Source of the DNA: Macrostomum lignano
Lineage: Eukaryota
DNA: 64,000 bases
Direction: 5' to 3'
Assembly (NCBI GenBank): GCA_002269645.1
Contig: NIVC01002722.1
Span: 1 to 64,000 of the forward strand
Made by a program: the position numbers and the translations under genes
The notes under the pieces: generated by a model
Database searches by the model: none
Told to the model about the DNA's origin: nothing
The model's input: only the letters and a program-made list of their open reading frames with translations
Shown: positions 10,360-17,149 of the stretch, piece after piece
Layout: each line of letters starts with the position of its first letter
How positions within the stretch are numbered: the stretch's first letter is position 1

Positions 10360-10749
10360 TCAACGTCGTTGTCCTAGCAGACCACCAAACAGTCCAGTGA
10401 TTAACGGTGCAGCAATCTTGGCGAGAATTGGTAGGAATCCTCCAACTTGAGGGTCCGATAGTATCATATTCTTCTTCCTATTTATAGACAGTTTTTTGTC
10501 GGCCATGTCATGCAGGGCTTCTCTATAACGTTTCAACCTTGCAAACTGTCTAGGGGATAGATCGATATTGCCCTTGAGTACATTGTGACTTAACTCGCAC
10601 AGACACTGCATCAACTCATTGTCGGCTCCCCTAATAATGGCCCTCCTTCGATGTGGTCGCGCGTCACCGAGCTCCTCTAGCTCGCGACGGCAAGAACAAA
10701 GACGAGAAATTCCGTTTGTCATTATTAAGGTGGTAAGCATTGCGTGCAT
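10360..10749 (-). CDS. Small virion precursor protein (pX/pVI-like) ending in an amphipathic peptide
   Basis: ELMQCLCELSHNVLKGNIDL..QFARLKRYR core, QVGG/F cleavage-like site followed by FLPILAKIAAPLITGLFGGLL. Confidence 0.72.
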   Translation of the reverse strand: MHAMLTTLIMTNGISRLCSCRRELEELGDARPHRRRAIIRGADNELMQCLCELSHNVLKGNIDLSPRQFARLKRYREALHDMADKKLSINRKKNMILSDPQVGGFLPILAKIAAPLITGLFGGLLGQRR

Positions 10750-10787
10750 ACATGTGCATATTTTGTTTATTTATAAGCAAAGCATAA

Positions 10788-11270
10788 TTAGAGTTGCAGA
10801 ATAGCAGTCACGTGGTCGTACATTTTACACAGTTCGTCATAGTTTCGTATTCCTAGGAACACTAACCGACCATTCTTTCCGCACAGCAGGCACTTGGCCT
10901 TGCGGAATGGGGACTTTATTACAAGCCCATTGAATACCTCACTCTCCCACTCAACCCAGCGCGAGCTCGAGTTGGCAAGGCGAAAAAAGTTTGGCCTAAC
11001 ATTAACTTCTGCACGATAAGTACCGGTAGTGATAACAACAGAGTTTGGTTTACATTGAGAAAAAAGACGCAGAACATCGTTGGTTGATTGGCAACCAAAA
11101 ACAATGGCAGATAATGAACGTTTGAAAAAGTTTATTGTACACTTTCCGATCCTCAGGTTGTACAATGCCCGGGGTCTATGAAACGTTCTAGCGCGCGCCC
11201 AGTCCAAGTTCGGTAGGCTGTTCCACCTTGCGCAAAACACCCTGTTTACGCACACGACGTTCTGCAAGCG
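10788..11270 (-). CDS. Divergent TATA-binding-protein-like domain (no own ATG)
   Basis: Two TBP-like repeats: LQNVVC (cf. LQNIVS), IVFGCQSTNDV (cf. VCTGAKSEEQS), WESEVFNGLVIK (cf. YEPELFPGLIYR), NGRLVFLGIRNYDELCKMYDHVTAIL (cf. [26 protein letters not shown]). Confidence 0.7.
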   Translation of the reverse strand, partial: RLQNVVCVNRVFCARWNSLPNLDWARARTFHRPRALYNLRIGKCTINFFKRSLSAIVFGCQSTNDVLRLFSQCKPNSVVITTGTYRAEVNVRPNFFRLANSSSRWVEWESEVFNGLVIKSPFRKAKCLLCGKNGRLVFLGIRNYDELCKMYDHVTAILQL

Positions 11271-11868
11271 GTTTTTTCGGTTGCTTTTGTTTCCGCTCAG
11301 CTCCACCAGCTCCGCGCTTGCGTCCTACCTTGATTTTTAACGGTGGAATCCAGTAGCAGCGGTCAAACGCCTGCTTGGGAGCTTCTATGAATTGCAGTTG
11401 TTGAATTTTCGGCACCGCGGTTAGAACCGAGTCGTGAATCACCGCCGTGTCTAGGGCGAACAGTACTCTATAGTAGCCCGTCTTGTTCTTGTAGTCGGTG
11501 CACAACTTGCCGCTCTTGTCGTACATTTTAAAGTCTTGAGCCAATCCGAATGCAGCGCTGTCGCAGTCAAAAGTGGGGTTGTACCCCAATAGCGCCATTC
11601 CTTGGATAGAGAGCTGGTGACACACGGAATTGAACGCTTCTGGTATGCAGCTCTCCAAGTGCTTTTGGGAAAGAATGATGAATTCGCGGCGTTCATTGTC
11701 GGTTCTCACACCCTTGACAATCAGTACGGGCGTCGCATTGGCAAGATAGAGAGGGCCCTGTTCGTCGTACTCAATGTCGTACGTCTCGGTTCCGTTGTAG
11801 CTTGGACCTCTCGACTTGAGAGAGAATAGGTCGATCCTAACACTATTGTAGTCTTGAACGGTATCCAT
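11188..11868 (-). CDS. Hypothetical protein, beta-rich, possibly OB-fold ssDNA-binding; K/R-rich tail overlaps the TBP-like frame
   Basis: Intact 226-aa ORF with ATG and upstream TATATAAG; FKMYDKSGK..YYRVLFAL..VPKIQQLQFIE loosely resembles T7 gp2.5-type SSBs (weak). Confidence 0.5.
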   Translation of the reverse strand: MDTVQDYNSVRIDLFSLKSRGPSYNGTETYDIEYDEQGPLYLANATPVLIVKGVRTDNERREFIILSQKHLESCIPEAFNSVCHQLSIQGMALLGYNPTFDCDSAAFGLAQDFKMYDKSGKLCTDYKNKTGYYRVLFALDTAVIHDSVLTAVPKIQQLQFIEAPKQAFDRCYWIPPLKIKVGRKRGAGGAERKQKQPKKPLAERRVRKQGVLRKVEQPTELGLGAR

Positions 11869-11960
11869 GTTGCTGCTGCTGTTGCTGAGAGTGGGTCTCG
11901 CACCCTGAGTGCCTCCTTATATACCCTTGGGGCGGAGGGTAGGGTGGCTGGGCGTTTTTG

Positions 11961-12476
11961 TTATAGTCCTTCTTTAACGACATTTTCCGGTGTTGGAAAT
12001 CCGGAAAAAATAAACCTTTTGTTTCGATCTTCTGGTCGAGGGGTTTGAGGCGTGTCGTTAATGCAGCTGCAGTGAGGGTTGATAGTCAACTTCGCTAGCA
12101 CTGGTCTACTGTGTTTAGGCCGCCATATCCTTTGGTGTTCCGTCCACGAGGGAGCAAGCGGCTGGTGATTCCGGTACCGTATTTTTTCACGATGATCCTC
12201 TTGTAATATCGGGGTAATTATCTGCTCTATTCTTTGTAGATTGGCTTTGAAATGCATCTTATCTCTAAAGTTGTAGTCAATTCGGGCATCTGTATATTCT
12301 TGGGTGCTGTAAGGCCCCTGCCCAATTTCGTCTACCTCTACATTAAAGGTGACTAATCGCTCGGGAATTGGTTTGCCGTGACAAATGCATAACCAGTCTG
12401 TGGACTTTTTCAGGGTCTCGTACTCTGCCCTTTCTTTGCTCGATAAAAGCGGGTAGTCTCGGGAAATCCAGCTCAT
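11961..12476 (-). CDS. Hypothetical protein (CICH and HCSC Cys/His clusters)
   Basis: 171-aa ORF tiled in the element, ATG overlaps upstream stop (ATGA). No recognisable family. Confidence 0.55.
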   Translation of the reverse strand: MSWISRDYPLLSSKERAEYETLKKSTDWLCICHGKPIPERLVTFNVEVDEIGQGPYSTQEYTDARIDYNFRDKMHFKANLQRIEQIITPILQEDHREKIRYRNHQPLAPSWTEHQRIWRPKHSRPVLAKLTINPHCSCINDTPQTPRPEDRNKRFIFSGFPTPENVVKEGL

Positions 12477-12826
12477 TCCTCCGACTCGTCAGATTCGTCG
12501 AGAAAGAAATAGTGGAAGAAATTGTCGACTCTATTCTTTTCAACTGCACAAAGTATTTTGTCTGACAGGTGAAATTCGCAGTCTCCTTTTACGTACAGGC
12601 GCTTCCCGTCGATAACTTTGATAGATGCGCCGCCTCCGAGATCGTAATCTGTGCAGCTAGTGCCCAGAAATTTCATTCGATGCCATTGTGCTCGACTAAA
12701 CACGGCTCCTGGGCAGCTACAGTTTTGGCAGTGGATGCGGAAACGCGGCTTGTTTGGGTCCCAATACCCCACTTCCAGCACTGCGTTGTCAACGTGGGTG
12801 TACACTATTTCAGATTGCCAGTACAT
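12473..12826 (-). CDS. Possible PC4/Sub1-like nucleic-acid-binding protein with acidic tail
   Basis: PGAVFSRAQWHRMK resembles PC4 KGISLNPEQWSQLK; a second YDLGGG beta-repeat; DESDESEE C-terminus. First ATG at 12826, 32 nt after TATAAATA. Confidence 0.45.
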   Translation of the reverse strand: MYWQSEIVYTHVDNAVLEVGYWDPNKPRFRIHCQNCSCPGAVFSRAQWHRMKFLGTSCTDYDLGGGASIKVIDGKRLYVKGDCEFHLSDKILCAVEKNRVDNFFHYFFLDESDESEE

Positions 12827-12860
12827 TTCGATATCGTTGAGAAATACCAATTTTATTTAT

Positions 12861-13634
12861 TTATAGGTCCCCGTCTGAACAGATTTCCAACCATTCCCTC
12901 CACTGTAGAACGGTTCTCTCAATTGATAAAAGTAAATACGCCGCTAGGAGCCCCGGGTTGCCGCTGCGCGCTTCGTAAAGACAGTTGAGATATGTGTCTC
13001 TATTTGCAAATGCTGCTGGTTCTGGGAGAATCCGGTTGAACAACTTTGATAATAACAGCCTAGCAGTTCTACCATTGCCGTCGCTAAAGGGGTGTATGGT
13101 GAGAAACTTTTCTAGGAAATATGCTCCTGTCACTACTGCGTCTTGCAGGAATTGTGGTTCTTTTATGTCTCTAGTTAATTTTACCAGCTGCCGTTCGATA
13201 TTTTCTGGGGTGCTGTAATACATACTCGCGCCTGCAGGTTTAGCGTGTTTAATTCTATACGATCCCGCATTTGGGAGCAGTCCTCTGCACACGCGTGTGT
13301 GAACTTGCCTAACCAACTCTGTGTCAATTATACCCCTCGTGTCATTGAGGTGTTTTGCTGCACTCCATAAATTAGTTGTGACCATACAGGACCCGGTTTT
13401 TAGCGCTTCTTCTGCTTCCTCCAAAGTCAACGCCACCTCTCTCTCCTCAATGTTTACTTCTGTTATGAATGCCAGCCTGGCTAGATACGTGAATTCTAAG
13501 CGCTCCTTTGTGGACAATCCCGCGATTCTTTTCCTAGTGTCTGATAACAATCTTTCAATGAGGGGTATTCTGGCGCACACGCTCTCGTTGCTGAAATAGG
13601 GGTTATCAGTTATGCCCGCCTCCATGTTCTCCAT
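12861..13634 (-). CDS. Fic-domain protein (AMP transferase)
   Basis: Canonical HPFSDGNGRTAR motif, upstream GSYR flap region and an N-terminal EVNIEE helix resembling the inhibitory (S/T)xxxE(G/N) motif. Confidence 0.92.
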   Translation of the reverse strand: MENMEAGITDNPYFSNESVCARIPLIERLLSDTRKRIAGLSTKERLEFTYLARLAFITEVNIEEREVALTLEEAEEALKTGSCMVTTNLWSAAKHLNDTRGIIDTELVRQVHTRVCRGLLPNAGSYRIKHAKPAGASMYYSTPENIERQLVKLTRDIKEPQFLQDAVVTGAYFLEKFLTIHPFSDGNGRTARLLLSKLFNRILPEPAAFANRDTYLNCLYEARSGNPGLLAAYLLLSIERTVLQWREWLEICSDGDL

Positions 13635-14106
13635 ACAGAGGGTTTTGTACACTGCTTCTATTTATGGGTTTGAAATTACACGTTGCCCGTCCGTCCCTCT
13701 CCCCCGGGCCTGGGGAAGCTCACTGTACGGCTCTCTCCTGGGGGTGTGATTCACCGCCTCTCTGTCCCGCGCCTCCTGCCTGGGCTGCTCTCTGTCCCTC
13801 CGCACCCACTGCCTCTCTGTCCCCTGCAACTGGGGCGGGGCTCTCTATCCTCTGTACGGCTCTCCCCGTGGGAGTGTGTGAGTCACACTGCCTCTCTGTT
13901 CCTGCATGCGCCTCTCTATCCGGCTCCTGCAGCGGGGCGTTCTGTTCACATCTCTCTTTCCGCCAACCCTCTGGCTGTACACGCTCACCGTACAGGGCTG
14001 CGTCAGCATCGGGGTTAAAACTTCTCACTCCCTATGCTTCGACAGTATAACAGCAGCCTAGTGACTGGCTCTCTGTCCACCCACCCCTCTGTCCGTACAT
14101 GCCTCG

Positions 14107-14438
14107 CTGTACAGGGCTGCGTCAGCATCGGGGGTTTCCTTCCTACACTAACCGCGTGCACACAACATTGGTGGGAGGGGCGGGAATCCCCCCGCCGGAT
14201 GTACACCCCGAGGGAGGCCCATGCGCTGAAGGTACACTCGCTGGACGCCCAGCCGGCTGGATGTACACTCGCGGGAGGCCCACCCCGCTGGAGGTACACT
14301 CGCTGGACGCCCACCCCGCTGGAGGTACACCCCGGGGGAGGCGGTACATCCCGAGGGAGCACCTTGCCGCGGTGCTAGAGGCCGACATCAGCCCGACGGA
14401 CCTTCGCAAAATCAACGGATCTGCCAGTCCTTAGTAGT
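14107..14438 (-). repeat. Right terminal inverted repeat (~332 bp), ends TAGTAGT
   Basis: Reverse complement of 3697-4029. Confidence 0.93.
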
Positions 14439-14444
14439 GACGCC
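14439..14444 (+). repeat. Right target-site duplication GACGCC
   Basis: Identical to 3691-3696. Confidence 0.92.
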
Positions 14445-14504
14445 CTTTCTGGAGGACCTCGTAATGCTATAGAAGTTTATTTTGTTATTAGGGCGCATCG
14501 TTGA

Positions 14505-14580
14505 CATTGATTTCTGCACTCGAGGAATGCATTGATTTCTGCACTCGAGGAATACATTGATTTCTGCAATCGAGGAATAC
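14505..14580 (+). repeat. Three tandem 25-bp units (attgatttctgcactcgaggaatrc)
   Basis: Directly visible head-to-tail repeats without spacers. Confidence 0.85.
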
Positions 14581-15262
14581 TGCGACGTCGATTTTACTTT
14601 TACGCTCTCGCTTTCGGCTGATTTTAGACTTGATCAAGAAGACTACCCCGGGAGGAACAGCTCTACGGAGACGCTCTACAGACACGCACAACAAAGAAGA
14701 GGAGCCCGCAACAGTAAGTGATCAGTGATTTTGTTCCCAGGCTCAAGTGTCTGGAAGTCGGAGTTTTCGAGTGACTGATCACCACCCGATTAAACTCTTC
14801 ACCCTGACCAGCCCCACGCCTCTGCCTGTCTGCGGGCCTTTAGGGGCTAGCGGAATGGGAGACTCTCGCCTCCCCGCTGCGTCCACCCTGCAGCTAAGTC
14901 AATTAAGTCAAGTGGATATATTCGTTGATTTATCCACTATCTTGTGTTTACAACAGCAAATGATGGAACACGAAAACCAGTTTCAATGCCTGGGCTACAT
15001 TTTCCCGTAGCCTCAAGCCTACGGCCCAGCTCGGGCCTGGAGTGGAAAGATCGGTGGAGTCTCTCGGACCGATGCGCGAGTGGATTTTGGCTGCAGGGGG
15101 TGGCAGTGGCACGGTTCGATCGCACGTGCCAAAGATGCCACGCTCAATAGGCCAGTGCCACACTTTAACGCGCAACCTATACAGTCATTCGAGCAGGATG
15201 GCATCTCAGCATTTAAACGCTGATAGGAAATAATTTATCTCTGCGTCAATTGTTTGCCTAGA

Positions 15263-15546
15263 GGGGCTGTAGCTTAATGGTAAGAGCGTCGGACTCACGA
15301 ATTGAAGGTTGGGGGTTCGATTCCCGATCCTACTCGAACAATTTGTGTTCTTGAGCAAGACGCTTATCTTTGCATTGCTTCAGTTCACCCAACTGTAAAA
15401 TAAGTGCCAGCATTAGCTGGGGTAATTGAGGGTGGGTGTAGCGACTCCCCAGTCATTAGACGGAACAGTCATAGGCAGCCTTCAGCTGGCCTAATTGGGG
15501 CAGGTTAATTAATCAGTAACCAATTATTACTACATGTATTATTACT
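15263..15546 (+). mobile_element. tRNA-derived SINE (family with five copies in window)
   Basis: A-box tagcttaatgg, B-box ggttcgattc, body tgtgttcttgagcaagacgctt..cacccaactgtaaaat, AT-rich tail. Confidence 0.8.
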
Positions 15547-15559
15547 CTGCATCAATGTG

Positions 15560-15855
15560 GCATAATCCAGGCTGCATGAAAACGTCTGTGCGCTAAGCCC
15601 TTGAGCTCTGCCGTCAGGCCTCGTCCCCCTAAACTAATTTGTCCGCCTCTGGATGGTGCAGTAGCTGACGTTGCGGCCAAGATCCCATTATCTGGACAGT
15701 GGGCCCGGGTTGTTTGAAGGTACATGTACACTCCAGAGGCGTGGCCGCCATCAGTCACCTGTGCAGGAGTACAAGTCACCCGGTGAAAACTCCCTCTCAC
15801 GAGACGGGAATCCCGGACTGTAACAGACAAAGGTTTTTGAACTAGAAATGGCCGT
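15560..15855 (+). repeat. Unclassified interspersed repeat, block A (second copy 62548-62852)
   Basis: Shared segments agatcccat.atct.gacag.gggccc, ccagaggcg.ggc.gcca, ctgtaacagac, actagaaatggccg. Confidence 0.7.
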
Positions 15856-15899
15856 TAGTTGTTAAACGACTGGGTTGAATGTGTAATCCTCGGATCAGC

Positions 15900-16570
15900 C
15901 CGGGAGGGGCTCTGCCAATTTATTTAAAAAATATGCGAGATATTGGAGTATATGAATATATACGTTCAGCTTAGGATCACGTTCCGCACAGAGAAGGTGT
16001 CCCAGTATGTCTGCAACTTGAAGTCCCGTGTCCCTCGGCCTCTCAATGCAGGTGTCGTTTATAAATTTCATTGCTCTGGCGACCAGAGTATTTCGTACAT
16101 CGGAAAAACTAAGCGACACTTGTACACTAGGGTCAAGGAGCACTGGACCAAAAGATCTGCTGTACAGGAGCACCTTCTCACATGCAACTCATGCTGTAAC
16201 AACAAACCGATTGATTTATTTAAGATTATCGATTCTTGCCGCCATGAGCACACTTTGAATATCTTAGAGGCTATGTACATCAAAGATCAGAACCCGAGCC
16301 TAAACTGCCAGCTAGCTATGGGGGTGCCAGCCGCCAACTCAGCGTCTTTTAGCTTGGAGTGTACGCTACTGCACCGTGTGTTAACTTGTTTGTTTCGCTT
16401 GAAAACTACTGGTACGTACAATAATTTATATTGTGTATTCAACTTATCACAGGTATATTTATTCAACTGTTTATTAGAATTTTCAATTTCACTACTGCCC
16501 TGACGATGACCTACAAGGGTCGAAATGCATTGGCAATTGAATTAAAGTAAAAAAACGAGTTTATGTTTGT
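15900..16570 (+). mobile_element. 5'-truncated Penelope-like retroelement: GIY-YIG endonuclease plus pseudo-LTR tail
   Basis: GVVYKFHC..YIGKTKRHL..RVKEH..LEAMYIK..PSLN in ORF 15943-16503, followed by a hammerhead motif. Confidence 0.85.
16496..16535 (+). ncRNA. Minimal type I hammerhead ribozyme
   Basis: Stem I TGCC/GGCA, core CTGACGA(T), stem II GACC/GGTC, GAAA, palindromic short stem III AATGCATT, cleavage triplet ATT. Confidence 0.72.
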
Positions 16571-17149
16571 TCTCTCATTCATAAAAATAAGCACTTTAAA
16601 TATTAGTATTATAAGTGTGTATATTTTGTTAATATTTAAAACTGTAGAATGAAGTGGAAATAAAAATAGATAAGGGGTCCTCACAAAGATTTATGGACCT
16701 GTACAGGGGGGCAGTTGCTTGATTGAAGTAAAAGAAGGAGTGTAAAAAGTTATTTGCATTGAGGATTAAAAAAATAAAAGATTTAAAATGAACTACTACA
16801 AGTAGCAATTCACTTACATAATATTTTGGTAAAGAAGTAAAAGCATTTCTAGGTTAAGATTAGTAGGTAAAGGCAATATTGGAATTTTAGGCAGAAGTAA
16901 AAGCGGCGGATCACATTTCAGCAGGATGACAGATAAGAGACTGCATGAATACTATAGTAACGACAGCTGGGTATTGGGCCCCCCCCTGCCTGGTCCAGCA
17001 CTTGCCGCTTATTGATTTGCCTCAGTACTTTCGATAGTGCGCTGACAGACGGCTACATACATGTAATTACTGAGAGAACAGGAGAGGGAATCAGAGCAGC
17101 GAAGAAAAGCATTTTTTAGATTTTATGAATAGGGAACACCAGGGAAAAT

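Larger units (their letters stand above)
3697..14438 (-). mobile_element. Integrated Polinton/Maverick (adintovirus-like) element lacking a pPolB gene, 10,742 bp
   Basis: TIRs 3697-4029 / 14107-14438, 6-bp TSD, and integrase, MCP, minor capsid, adenain protease and A32-like ATPase genes all on the minus strand. Confidence 0.93.

Noticed and set aside
11961-12476. Possible poxvirus VLTF3-like late transcription factor (DYNFRDKMHFKANL)
   Set aside because: Only a short Y..R..HF..L resemblance; the conserved C-terminal VLTF3 motifs are not visible.
14505-14580. CRISPR-like 25-bp repeats
   Set aside because: Head-to-tail with no spacers, eukaryotic context, no cas genes.
15263-15335. tRNA gene (also 44078 and minus-strand copies)
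   Set aside because: A/B boxes run into a shared non-tRNA body and tail with no consistent cloverleaf; these are SINE heads.
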